In this document: one piece after another, positions 48,882-60,828 of the stretch
Layout: the number at the start of each line of letters is the position of its first letter
Numbering within the stretch: the stretch's first letter is position 1
Source of the DNA: Oikopleura dioica
Lineage: Eukaryota; Animalia; Chordata
NCBI GenBank assembly: GCA_907165135.1
Contig: OU015567.1
Span: forward strand, 434,001-498,000
DNA: 64,000 nucleotides
Reading direction: 5' to 3'
Made by a program: the position numbers and the translations under genes
The notes under the pieces: generated by a model
Told to the model about the DNA's origin: nothing
The model's database searches: none
What the model saw: the letters and a program-made list of their open reading frames with translations, nothing else

Positions 48882-49458
48882 ATGGACAGAGTTGAGAAGG
48901 AGCGTTTATTCAAGAGATGCCTGAAGTCAGAATCGTATTGTCCGGAAGGAATCGCCTTTTGCTTCTTTTTGGTTATTGGAACTCTCGGGATTTTGTTGCT
49001 TATTACGACGAAAGTTATGGTGAGGCCTTCATATCTGGCAAAAATATTTTTTTTCGAATAATTTTTATCTGATTTTTTTGACGAAAAAATGACTTTTTCT
49101 GATATAAAAAAATATTTTTTTTTGAAAATTTTTTTTTTCACGACAAAATGATTTATTTGTCAGAAATATTTTTTTGACAAAAAAATTTTTTTCTTTTTTT
49201 TTTGTTAATTATGCTAGAAAATGCGTTCAAAAACGACCGCTTTATTAAAATTCAGATGCGTCTGCAATTTGCGAATGGTTAATTTTTTATGTTAACCGCC
49301 TTGTATCACGTGGAAATATCCATTAACCCTATCCTTTAACCCTACTTCAGGAGTATCGAAAGCGGAGAAGATCGCAGTCTGATCTCAAGCAAATGATGCT
49401 TATCCCGCTTGCTATAGGAACGCCATCTCTGGCCGGGGTCAAGCTTAGCCTTCTTTAA
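48882..49458 (+). CDS. 81-aa single-pass membrane microprotein, exons 48882-49019 and 49351-49458
   Basis: MDRVEKERLFKRCLKSESYCPEGIAFCFFLVIGTLGILLLITTKVM|EYRKRRRSQ...LSLL*. Phase-0 GTGAGG...CTTCAG intron. TM helix followed by a basic stop-transfer cluster. Confidence 0.6.
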
Positions 49459-50337
49459 CTCCGTTTTCTTTATTCAGTTTTAGACAGGAGTTACTGTTAC
49501 TTTCGCTCGCTGTGCCAAGTCTGGAACGATAATGAGTTTGAATCCGCGCGAACTTTAATGAGAAAAAAAGGGATGACAGGGGGTTTAATTACTTTCGGGG
49601 TGATAATACGCTTCTTCTTCTTTTGAGGCTGAACTTATGAGACATGAATAAATATTTTAAATTAAAAAATATTCATAAAAAAGGGGCTCAAATCGACAAA
49701 AAATGCGACAAAAAAAATCGAATTTTAGGGAAATTTTGACAAAAATTTTGTTCGAAAATTGTCGCATTTTTGTCGATTTCGAGCATCCTTTTCTGAAAAA
49801 GGGGAGCATTTAGTTTCCTTATCGTCGATTTATCGTCTTCTCTGGGGAGAAAAAGACGACGCAATCCGATTAGACATATGGAATCGCAGTTCGTAGTCGA
49901 GTTACAGTAATATTTCAAAACTAAATGTGCATTTGAACGTGATTTCCCTCCTTTCTTTTTCGTCAAATCTCCCCATTCTTAGCATAAATTGACCCCAAAG
50001 ATCCGCACAAACGAGCTGACCCCGATTCGAAGAACGCGAGCACAGTCTTCAACGAGCTCAACAAGGCAAAAAGCCTCCGAGACAAGCCGTACCAAGATTC
50101 ACCAGCGACGGTCAAGACGCTTTCCGTAAAATCGCGAATCAGCTCGGTCCGGAGCTCGATGAGATCGTCCTTCCGCCGCGCTGTTGGCCGAAAATCGAAA
50201 TTGTCGACACCAAGAGTCGTCAAAAACAAAAATGTTTTAGAGGTTACGCCTGATGCTTCTCCAAATCAACTTTTGTAAATAAAATAAACAATGATCAAAC
50301 ATCCAACAAGCTTTTATTTAAAAAAGCGCTCTAGAAT

Positions 50338-50625
50338 CTAAATTGCGTCAGAAGTTCCGAAAAAGCTTCCAATTGAACCGAGTGGTTTTTCGGGCTTTTT
50401 GACTTTTTCTTTTTCGTACCAAAATTTTCTTCCTTGTTGTTGTCTCTAGAAATTGAAAATTAACGATATTCAGTCTAAAATCCTTGCCTTGTAACTTTCT
50501 CCTTTGAAAATCTTCGGTTTCCTTGTTGTTTTCTTTTCACTCGCTTTTGCCGATTGTGGAGGTTTTGGAAGTGTCTTGTGGACTTTTTCTAGTCCTTTGA
50601 GAGCATCTTCTATCGATCCTTCCAT
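50338..50625 (-). CDS. Possible small Lys-rich protein (2 exons, GC-AG intron)
   Basis: MEGSIEDALKGLEKVHKTLPKPP...ESYK|RQQQGRKFWYEKEKVKKPEKPLGSIGSFFGTSDAI*, with AATAAA downstream. No homology recognised. Confidence 0.35.
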
Positions 50626-51279
50626 CTCGATCGCTTCTCTCTCGTTTTCGAAGTGGAATTAGAAATATCGTAGTGCAGAAAACGGAAAATCCAAAGAGTC
50701 CATTATTTGAACACTTGAGATTAACTCGGGCTTTGTTGATTCGGTAGTTAGGACAAAACTAAGAAGGGGACGTCACGTGCCTGTCAAAACACTGTTTTAC
50801 AATACTGTACATAGGAAGATGGTCACAAGAAGATTCAACTGCCTTTATGCCAATAAGGGGCTCCCTTCATTATTTTTTTTCCGAAATTGGCAATAACGAG
50901 GAAGATGTCCTTAAAATCAACATCCCTTTTTTCTCATGAAGAAAAATGATTGACCGGGCCACCAGCTGCGCCCGCAATAAGAATCAATAAAGACCCGGTT
51001 GGATGAGAAAATACTTTTTTAGATTTATTGAGTTTTTTCTTCTTCTAATTCGTCATTGGCATGCCCCGCGGCGCGACCCCTTTTTTCACAATCACCCCTG
51101 CGGCGATCACTCTTTTTGCGCCACCACTCTTTTTTATTTTATTTTGTCAGTTTTAGATTTTCAAAAGTGTCAAAAAGGACAAGCTGCAAACGGCAAAAAT
51201 CAGAAAATTTTTCACTTTTGAAATCAAGGAAGAAAACAGAGCTGAAGAAAAGTGTTGTTGCAACTAAGGAAGAAAGAGT

Positions 51280-52671
51280 ATGGCTAGTATCTTGCTCCAG
51301 CTGTGCGGATATGTCGGAAATATCGTCTTTGGAATTGTGATGATTATTGGTAAGAAACTACTGTTCTTGTAACTGACCCTCGAGGCAGTAAAACAGACGT
51401 TTTGAGAATTTTCGGCCCTTCTTCAGAAGTTTTTTCGCGTATTTTGAATTCACTAGAAGACTTTTCTCGGACTAAACCAATTTTTGGAAGTGAATTTTTG
51501 GATAACCAATAAGATTGCTGTATTTGGCCTACCGGCCAATCAAAACCCTTTCCATAAAAATCTGTTCCAAAAATTGGTTCGACCACTTTTCTCGAAGATA
51601 TTCAGGAGGAAATCTGGCGTCAAGGGTTTGTATAATACAGGAGAGTTTCTCCTTGCGATGATTTCGTCAAAAATCGCCTTCTAGGACGAACCGGAGGAGA
51701 ATATCTTTCGTACAGTCAGACAGTCAGACAAAATCACCGACATTTCTCCCAAAAAAACTCCTTAGTTTCCGTTAGATTCTCGCTGATTTTAAATTTCAAC
51801 GCTCTTTTTTATCACGCCCTGTTTTCATCCTTATCAACCTCTAACAGTTCTTCTCCTTTCAGCGATAATGCTGCCCTACTGGCGAGTACAGGACGTGCAG
51901 TTTCAAGTGGACGAGTCGCAGTGGAAAAGTACGGGACTCTTCCGGCAATGCACATGGATCAATACAGGACACTACGATTGCTACAGAATCAGGAATTTTC
52001 TGTTCTCAGAAGATCGGAAAATTGACTTGGCGGTTTGTTTCATGGCTATGATCAGGTAAAGCTAATGGTCGATTGAATGGAAAACCTGTGTAGAAACCTC
52101 AGTCAGGGTCCTCAGAAAGCTGTGCTGGACCCTGACTCAGGTTTTTACGCAGGCTGCTGAGAAAAGAGCGACTCTGATTTTCAGTTTAAAAAATTGAAAA
52201 TTTAGTCTCATAATTTGGTTCTTAAATTTGATCTGCACGATTCCCGCGCTTTCCTGCACAATCTTCCTTGTCCAATACCGCCAGTACTCGAAAGAAAACT
52301 TCGTCTGCTGGTCTTCGATTGTCTTTGCCCTGTGCGCGTTTTTGAACATCGCTGCGGCCTCGCTTCACGCTGCTGTGACCGTTGCCGAGTATGAAAAATC
52401 AGCTGGATACCAATTTAGATTCAGATGGGGCTGTAGCATCTATTTGGCCTGGCTCAGCGGGTTGGGGATGCTGCTCTTCTCGGTGTTGCAGTTTACTGCT
52501 TCGCATAAAAGCAAGTTCGACCAAGAAGGTAATTTAATACAGCCAGAGTATTTTGCAACCCGATTTTTAGAGCGAGGATCGACTTTGATCGTCCACTCCG
52601 CCTCGACGAAGCACAAATTTGGCACCGAAAACAAATCGTTTCCTGCTACTCCTCCTTCTGGATTCATTTAA
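51280..52671 (+). CDS. Claudin-like tetraspan protein, 3 exons (51280-51349, about 51864-52055, about 52206-52671)
   Basis: MASILLQLCGY..., LPYWRV...GLFRQC...YDC (claudin W-GLW-C-C signature), four hydrophobic segments, and FRWGCSIYLAW. Confidence 0.85.
52083..52155. mobile_element. Minimal palindromic copy of the CTCGGCAACCTG TIR family, in a claudin intron
   Basis: AACCTGTGTAGAAACCTCAGTCAGGGTCC ... GGACCCTGACTCAGGTTTTTACGCAGG. Confidence 0.7.
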
Positions 52672-53299
52672 AAATCTCTTTTTCGACAAATTTGCCTTTT
52701 TCTGATTATAAAATGAAATTTCGTCATCCTTTGCAGTTTACTTGAAAAAAATTGTTGTTCATGGAAAAAATTTATAAGATACTCAAAATGGAACAAATAA
52801 AGACTTGTTCAAAAATACCTTTATCCTGATCATAATATCCGTATTATCAGTCATATTAACAACTTCCTCTTTTCTCACAGCCCGATGCGCATCGTTTCGA
52901 AAAGCTCATTTTTTAAATATGAGAATCAAAGAATGAAGAGCAAATTATGAAAATTTCTTTTTAATTTTGAGGGCAACATTCCGCCGATCAATTCAATTTG
53001 GAAGAATCTTCCAAATCTTAGATAAACAAATACGATTCTTTAATATTATTTCTGTCACTGCTGAGAGACACTCTTCTTTTTTTTTAAAAATGAAGTCAAA
53101 AGGCATATTATTTAGAACATGGGCTTTGTCATAATATATGACTGTGTAATCTAATAAATCCTAATATTGTATTTTCGTTCAAATATTATCTTTAAAATGA
53201 ATTCTAGAGGTAAGTTGTTTATTAGATGTGCTCGGTCCTGAAAAATATTCGATTCGCTTTCTGAATAAAAATTGCCCGTCTCAAGAGAATTATGATTAT

Positions 53300-53850
53300 T
53301 GATTTATTTCTGATTACAAAAATGCAAATAAAACGACATTATAATAATATAGACTATATTATATAGTAACTGAGGTATTGATCATTATTCGTTGCGCCGA
53401 AAGCAGTGCTAAAGCCACATATTATCCGACTCTCAGCACCGTTCAAAAAATCGACTTTGATTGTCCATTTGGCCTCGACGAAGCATAAAATTCCACTAGC
53501 GCAAAAAATATGAGATAATCTTCTCACAAACACCGTGGTCTTTCTTCTTCATAATTATTTTTACGACTTCTTCTTTTTCCAGTTCAATGATCGTTGGTCT
53601 TCGATGCTCCCTGCCAATTTAGGAGGCTCTAAAATTGAAAGTTGAAAGTCTTAAATTTCCGAGACACCGCAAGACCACCAGAAAATGACAAAATGAAGAC
53701 AGGAGGATAGACCATCATTGTTAGAGCAGACAGGATGACAACAGAATCGCGTTTAAATGCGAACACTTTTTTCGAGATTGCATATCTCGATTTTTGATAC
53801 ATTTGACATTCTGAGTAAAAAATGTGAATAAAATGACAATAAAACAAAAA
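53300..53850 (-). pseudogene. Degenerate member of a local minus-strand paralog family
   Basis: Shares LCFVEAxWTIKVD with 52575-52620, and FxTAFGAxNNDQ and LTMxVYPxVFIL with 54890-55130. Differences are mostly at third codon positions. No clean complete ORF. Confidence 0.4.
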
Positions 53851-54083
53851 TCTATTGATTAATTTTCATCAAAAAGAGCATTTTCAAGGTCGAAGCAACT
53901 AATTTGAACTCGACAGGCATGTGAATGCCGGCCGGTCCACCCAAAGCCAAGCAAGCAAGCTTATCGGCATGGTCAATATTTCCATGTATCTTTCGAACTT
54001 CAAGGTGGCGCAAGACTTTCCTTATTTATATAAAGCAAATTTTTGTTTCAGAAAATTTCACTTTCAAATTTTTAAATTTTGAA

Positions 54084-54710
54084 ATGAAGATTTTCCCACT
54101 TCTCTTGTCCGTTTTTCAAGTCGAATCCTATGTCGTCCCCGGATACTCCGGTCCTCCTCAGGATCTGAACTACTTCACCCAGCAGATTATCGACGGGCAG
54201 TTGAATCTCTGCCGCGGTCGGAACGTCGACAACGTCAGCTGTGGCAAGATCCTTCATGATAAAATCATGACGATGAACGACCTGCGACGAGAGTTCAGCT
54301 GCATGGTTACCCGTGGCTACTACGGATGGCCAAAAGGGAGGGGACACTTTCACTCTACTTCCGGTCCCAATGGCGGAAGCAACAACTACTACGCCGTCTG
54401 CAGCGAACGAGGAGGCACAGCCGTCAACAAATGGAGCTTTGAAAACTCGGTATTGAAAATTTCTCACTCATAAGAGGACGAAAACGTATTCTAGTGCGAA
54501 TCCTGCGCGAACAGCTGCAACGGCGGAATCAACGCCGAAACCTGCGTGAGAGATTGCATGGCACTCAGAGAAGCACAGTTCTGTCAACAAGGCTATGCCA
54601 GTCTCATTACTTCGAAGGGTGCTGTTGGTGGGTGGACATATGGCGGTCGCTTCTATCAGTCTCGATCTGGAATGTGGTGTGGCGGAGTCTGCACAAATTA
54701 TCTCCATTGA
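54084..54710 (+). CDS. Cys-rich secreted protein, paralog 1 (divergent); exons 54084-54449 and 54495-54710
   Basis: Signal peptide MKIFPLLLSVFQVES. Same phase-0 intron position and Cys/GGWTYGG pattern as paralogs 2-5. TATATAAA upstream. Confidence 0.8.
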
Positions 54711-55091
54711 TCTCCCTTTCATTCTTTCTTTCTGAATCAGGAAATAAAATTTTGATTCTCTCCAATTCCCTCATTATCATATTATTTACGACCGTTTCTT
54801 CTTTTCATAGCTTAGTGAGCATCGCTCGCAATTGCCCCCTCCCAATTCGGCAGTCCAAAGTCGCAAAAAAAAAAGTTGAAAGTCTTAAAATTTCGGAGAC
54901 AAAATGAAGACGCGAGGATAAACGATCATCGTTAGAGAAGGCAAGATGAAAATGATGATATGAAGACATTTGTGAATGACATTTGTCAAATGAAGACATT
55001 TCAAAATGTCGAAAACACAAAAATAGATGTCGATATTTGATTAATTCTGAATACAAAAATGAAAATAAAAGGACATTGAAAAAAAAAACAG

Positions 55092-56245
55092 TTATTGATC
55101 ATTGTTCATCGCGCCGAAAGCGGTGGTAAAGTCGCGTGTTACTCGTCTCACGACATCCGTCAATTTCTCGTTGATCTTTTCAGAGCAGTTTTTGAAGAAA
55201 ATGTTCTGGACCCTTTCCATTTGGGATTGATAAGTGAACACTTTCAGCATCGCATTATCTAAAACAGAATGTCTTTTCCGATTCAATTAAGGGCGTACCT
55301 GGCAAAAACCGTTCCATATCTTCATCCATCATTTCCAGCTCGCTACGATCGAGTTCCGAATTCTGCGGATCGCAGCCGTTTTTCTTGCCCTTGATCCACC
55401 ACGAAAACTGAAAACGTAATTTTACGAGTAAGACAAGCTTTTTACGGAAAAGAATTTTTGTTAAAACGCGCCCTTTTCCGGACAATTTTACATTTTCTAC
55501 AAATCCGGGTCTCCAATTTTTAGCTCAATTCAATTTGAAATTCGTCAATTCTAGCGTTTTTCTAGCTGGGCTCGGGAACCTGTGAAGAAAATCTGAGTCA
55601 GGGACCCTGTCACAGGGTTTTTAACACATAAAACGAAAAGCCGCGTAGCGGCTTTTTGAAAAACTAAGCCGCGAAGCTGCTTTCCTAAAATATTTGAATT
55701 AATAAATCGATAAATTTAGGAAAGCCGCTGCGCAGCTTTGTTTTAAAAAAAGGCGAAGAACAATTTTTTCAAGAAAACATGAAAAAACGTTTTTACCTAG
55801 AAAAAGCTGGTTATCCAAGATTATAAAGTAAAAAATTCTCGTTTTACAGAACTTCACACTTTACGGAACGATTTCGTGAATATCTTCATAATTCATTTCA
55901 TTAATTTCAAATTTGAAGAAAAACCGTAAAACTGACTCACTTTCAATTTAAACACAAAGCTGTCAATAGCAAGCCCCTATCGGATAACAGAGAGAATAGA
56001 CACAGGCGTGTCTAACGCAGCTATCAGTAAACTGTCGGAAACGGAACTGTTTAAAAAAGGGCAACGTGGGGTCTTTTTTATCGGGTACTTACAAATCGGC
56101 GGGTTCGGTTGACAGCTCTTTCAAGTCTGTATTTCTTCTTGTAATCATCGGCATATCGTTCGATCCAGCCTTCGTATCGGGAAACGATTCGGTTGATTCG
56201 GTCAAGACCAACGTATTCTACATCAAAAAGTTTCAGTATCACGGG
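55092..56245 (-). CDS. Helical orphan protein, at least 3 exons, 5' end uncertain
   Basis: LPVILKLFDVEY...YEGWIERYADDYKKKYRLERAVNRTRRF|gtaagt; WWIKGKKNGCDPQN...ERFLPGTP; MLKVFTYQSQMERVQNIFFKNC...NNDQ*. Confidence 0.5.
55566..55760. mobile_element. Truncated copy of the 56250 MITE family
   Basis: CTGGGCTCGGGAACCTGTG...CTGAGTCAGGGACC, plus AAGCCGCGTAGCGGCTTT hairpins. Confidence 0.65.
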
Positions 56246-56249
56246 AAGC

Positions 56250-56494
56250 CTGGGCTCGAGAACCTGCGGAGAAAACCTGAGTCATGGTCTGAAAGATCTT
56301 AAATGAAAGCCGCGTAGCGGCTTTTTAAATAATAAAGCCGCGAAGCGGCTCTACATGAAAACCTTTCATATCTATTCTGAAAGCTTGGCAAAGCCGCTTC
56401 GCGGCATTGTTTCTTAAAAAAAGCGGCTACGCGGCTTTCATCATAGCTTTTTTTGACCCTGAGTCAGTTTTTCTACGCAGGTTGCCGAGCTTAG
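56250..56494. mobile_element. Palindromic MITE (245 bp)
   Basis: TIRs CTGGGCTCGAGAACCTGCGGAGAAAACCTGAGTCA and TGAGTCAGTTTTTCTACGCAGGTTGCCGAGCTTAG. Four internal AAGCCGC...GCGGCTT mini-hairpins. No TSD seen. Confidence 0.8.
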
Positions 56495-57125
56495 ATCGCC
56501 ATCATCGGAAAAAAATCAAGTTAGGAATGGCCTAATTACCCACATTAACCTCCTTACTAGAATTAGGCATTTTTAACTTTCCGTTGAACTAAAATATCGC
56601 CCAAAGTACGTTTTATCCGATAATTATGGGTGTCACTGTTTTAAAACCTAAAACAATCTCTCTTTGCAAATCTGATTTACAATGTACACGTTATTAAAGT
56701 AGCATAGGCTAAGCATAGCGATAATTTTACCTTCTTGTGAGGCCGAAAAATTGGCAAGAACAAAAATAATTTTCAAAAACTTCATTTTCAGATTTTTTGA
56801 ATGGATGAAAAATCTAGCCGAAGCGCTTTATACGAAGCTGGAAACCGCTGCTCATTGAGTTTCTATCCGCTGATGACGGCATTGATCAATTGCGTTAATT
56901 ACGATACACTTTGGATATCCGAACTTTTGCTAGAATTTTTGACTCATCAAACTCATTTGCATGATTTTTGATAGATTTAGGTTAGAAAACGAGAGTGCTT
57001 AGAAGCTCGGTTTACCAGTCTGCCTAAAGAACTGGCGAAACATAAAGAACATTTAATTACTGACTCGTGTTTTTGCGGAGACAAGTAAAGTCCTCATTTT
57101 ATTCTCAAAAAAATTGATTAATTTA

Positions 57126-57707
57126 ATGCTGCAGAGATTTTTTCGTTACTTTCTGTGATCGCCGCCGCTCCTTCTTCGGAGAATGCGGTCGTTTCTCACT
57201 CTAGAACTGCCAGGGCCACTGAGGAAATGATCGAAACTGAGATGGAAGATGCTCTTCATTTATGCATTCGAAAAAATTTGAGTCGCAACGAGTGTGCAAC
57301 AAAGGTCGGTAAAGAACTCGACACGATCGATCCAGATAATCACGATTGTTTTGTCTACGACACAAACGGCTCCGGAAGAGCACACTACCATGCAAAGGTT
57401 GGAAGTCTCTATGCTTCCTGCAGCAGAAGATCAACCGTGTCCGTTGACAAAACAGCTTTTGGGGAATGGGTAAAATTTATCCGTAAAGAAGCATTTTTGA
57501 TCAAAAAATTTTAAGTGTGGTTATTGTACGGAATATTGCGATACCAACCATTGCATTCAAAACTGTTTGCATCGAGCAAGAAAGCTCATTTGCGAAAATG
57601 ACAGTGGAACCTTCGTGGCATCTTCTAGTTTTATTGGAGGCTGGACTTCAGGAGGTGCATACGCATCAAAATCGGCGACTAATTGCGCCGCTACTTGTAA
57701 TAGTTAG
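57126..57707 (+). CDS. Cys-rich secreted protein, paralog 2; exons about 57126-57469 and 57516-57707
   Basis: Homologous to paralogs 3-5 (EMEDALHLC...DCFVY...FGEW|CGYCTEYC...GGWTSGG). The ATG at 57126 is out of frame by one base at a T6 run, so this is an error, an upstream mini-exon or a pseudogene. Confidence 0.7.
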
Positions 57708-58386
57708 ATCGAGAGAAAACGATTGAAGACCGAATTCCTGACTTTATTTTATTTCTTGCTCTTTTCAGTTTATAGAAATAAACTTTCGCTTGTCCGATTG
57801 TATGACTTTTTAAATCGGCGATTTTGGATTGATGCCCTTAAGGGGGTAGAACTAGATTTTTTCGAAAATAAGTTATTTTCGAGAGCCATTTTATATAAAA
57901 AAGACCTGTTTTTACTTATGATAAGAAAATTTCCTCATAGATGTTGCTGAAAAAAAGGGTTGAACTATCTTAAAATAAAATTTAAGAAATTTGACAAGTC
58001 ACGTGACTCGAGAAATTTGAGGACGCGAATGAGCTAAAATCGCAATTTTTGAAGAGATGGGTTGACTTTTCGCTCTCTTCCGCAAAAATCTATCGAAAAA
58101 ATTTTTAAAAGAGAAATATTGTTAGATCTACGTTTGCTCTTTCTTCAGCCGAAGAGAGAATTTGTTTATCTAAGCTCGCGCGGCTTTGAGCGCCGGTCTA
58201 GAATTGGCTTTTTTCAAAAAACCTAGTTCTACCCCCTTAAAGTGAGCGTAATATCTTTTTTTTCTTAAAAAAAAGAGCAATCAAAGTTTCCTTTGAAATT
58301 ACAGTATATCGCGGGATTAACACGAAGGACGTGGTCCTACAATAATGAAGAGTTCGGAGTAGTCAGAGAAGAAAAGCAAGTGGGAC

Positions 58387-58722
58387 ATGAAGATTTTTCC
58401 AACGCTTTCGATCATTTCTGCTGCTTTTGCATCCGACAACTCAACCGTTTCGAATTCAAGAAGCGCCAGAGCCAGTAAGGCAGAAATAGTTGCTGAAATG
58501 GAAGATGTCCTGTATTTATGCGATCGTAGAAATTTTGATAAAGATGATTGTGCAAGAAAAGGAGTAGAAGAGCTCTTGCAGATTGCAGGGGATTATGACT
58601 GCTTCGTTTATACATATCCAGCATCTTCATGGGGACAATATCATGCGAAAATAGGAGATTCCGGAATGACCTGCAGTAAAAGCTCACAACGAGAAGTTGA
58701 CGATGGAGCATTTGAAGAATGG
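58387..58722 (+). CDS. Cys-rich secreted protein, paralog 3: exon 1 only, no exon 2 of its own
   Basis: Intact 112-codon exon ending FEEW|GTAAAT, highly similar to paralogs 4 and 5. It is followed by a repeat element instead of exon 2. Confidence 0.7.
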
Positions 58723-58911
58723 GTAAATTCTGCGTTTTCTTCATTGCCTAGTATACAAATGTTAAAATTCTGTTTTTCGAGGCAGCTCCCGTTTTGCCAA
58801 AAATCACGGCTCGCCCACATCCTGTTTCGCCCAAAATCCTTGATCGCCCAAAATGGCAGAACAAACTTGCGCGGGTTAGTAAGGGTAACCCTTAGTAACC
58901 CCCCCCCTTCC

Positions 58912-59575
58912 TTAACCTTAGCCGGCCAGGAGGCACCATCTATGGAATAGGGGTCAAAGAATTACGTCTCCCACTGAAGTGATTTTGAGTTTCGAAAAAC
59001 GGAAGAAACTGTAGGGCTATTATCGATAAGCTACCCTTAGGTTACCTTCCGACTATTTTTGGTTAGGGTTAGGGTTCGGAAAAAGGCTTAATTTGAGAAT
59101 AACTACATGCACCATGTATGGTGCATTGCTACAATGGCGCCGACACCACTGATGGTGCTTTTGGCCGGTAGGCAGTATTCGTCGAATACCGAGTATTTCA
59201 GACTCAAAACCCGAGAAGCGCCGTCACTAAAGCATCCCCATATTCTGATTGGCTAACAGCTAATTTGATTTTCAAAGGTTTCCACATATGGAAACCTTTG
59301 ATTTTCTCGGGGCAAACGCTTGAAATACTCGGTAGTCTCCCTCTTCGAATTGGAAGATTTGATCTGATGCTGAAACCTAAACCTTAATCCGCACCCAAAC
59401 CCAAACCCAAACTAAAACCCAAACCCGAACACTAACGAAGAACCAAAAAACAAACCCAAAGACGTACGTAATAGACTTTGAGTTGAATTTTTCAAGAATA
59501 ATAGCAGGTGATGCACCACTCATGGTGCATTTGGCCGGTAAGGTCAGAAATGACATTTTGGCCGGCTAAGGTTAA
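58912..59575. mobile_element. Repeat element with inverted ends, internal hairpins and telomere-like tracts
   Basis: Perfect 17-bp IR TTAACCTTAGCCGGCCA (58912-58928 / 59559-59575). Hairpins ATGCACCAT-GT-ATGGTGCAT. GGTTAGGGTTAGGG and (AAACCC)n tracts. Confidence 0.6.
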
Positions 59576-59795
59576 AGGTGTCAACAACGATCGAATAAGG
59601 GTCTCTCTTATGATTCCAAAAATAGGGCTGAAAACACAATTATTAGGTCAAGAAAAAAAAGTAAGCAAAATTTTCATGAAAGACTTTGAAATGTGAAAGA
59701 AATTACGTTTGTTCGCGGGATTATCACGAAGGGCGTGGTCCTTCCAGAATAAAGAGCAAAAAGAGAGTAGTCAGAGAAGATTAGTCAACTGGGAC

Positions 59796-60372
59796 ATGAA
59801 GATTTTTCCAGCGCTTTCGATAATTACTGCTGCTTTTGCATCGGACAACTCAACCGTTTCGGATTCAAGTAGTTCCAGTGCCAGTGATGAAGAAATAGTA
59901 GCTGAGATGGAAGATGTCCTGTATTTATGCGATCGGAGAAATTTGGGTCTTTATGATTGTGCAAAAAAGGGATATGAAGAGCTCTTGCAGATCGCAGGAG
60001 ATTATGACTGTTTCGTTTATACAAGTCCGGCATCTTCATGGGGACAATATCATGCAAACATAGGAGATTCCTGGATGACCTGCAGTGTCGGCTCAGAAAG
60101 TCAAAAAGTTGACAAATCAGCATTTGAAGAATGGGTAAATTCTACTTGGTTTTCTCATTTCTTTGAAAATATTTAAGTGTGATTTTTGCTCGGAATACTG
60201 TGATGACAATAAATGCGCTAGAAAATGTCTTGTAATGACTAAAAAGCTCTTCTGCGGGGATAATCATGCAACTGTGATTGTTTCATCCTATGATATTGGT
60301 GGCTACACTTATGGAGGTGCAGTACACACAAGCAAGTTTTCCACAAATTGTGCTGCTTTCTGCCAAAATTAG
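59796..60372 (+). CDS. Cys-rich secreted protein, paralog 4; exons 59796-60134 and 60178-60372 (intact, 177 aa)
   Basis: Signal peptide MKIFPALSIITAAFA and a phase-0 GT-AG intron, with a complete ORF ending NCAAFCQN*. Confidence 0.85.
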
Positions 60373-60828
60373 GCCAATTATGTTATTGTTGTATATTTGT
60401 CAATATCAGACTCGAAAATAATATTTCACGACTTCATTTTGAGTGATTCGCCGACAAAGATAATTGACGGAGTCGGCGCCGTGCAAGTTCTCATGCGACC
60501 ATCGCATGTCAGAAAGGGAGCGCACTGTCAGTCGAAATCGTGCTATATTATAAAAACTATATATTCTTTTATTTCTGCATAAAATTTCCCGAAATGATTT
60601 AACAATGAATAAACAATGACTTGAATACAAATGTAAGAATTCTGTCGATCTGGCGCACTGATAAGAGGAGTTTGAAACTTTCGGGCCCCATGAAAAATTT
60701 TGAAATCGCAAATAAAATAACGGTAGATCGCGAGATTATCGCAAAGGGCGTTGTCTTGCATAAATAAAGAGCAAAAAAGACCGCAACTGCAATGATTACT
60801 TAGTCAGAGAAGAATAGATGACTGGGAG

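Noticed and set aside
49963-50280. Open frames on both strands
   Set aside because: Several frames are open, with no start or splice model and no homology, so the coding strand could not be decided.
59060-59460. TTAGGG/AAACCC tracts as a true telomere
   Set aside because: Only a few degenerate units, internal to a repeat element.
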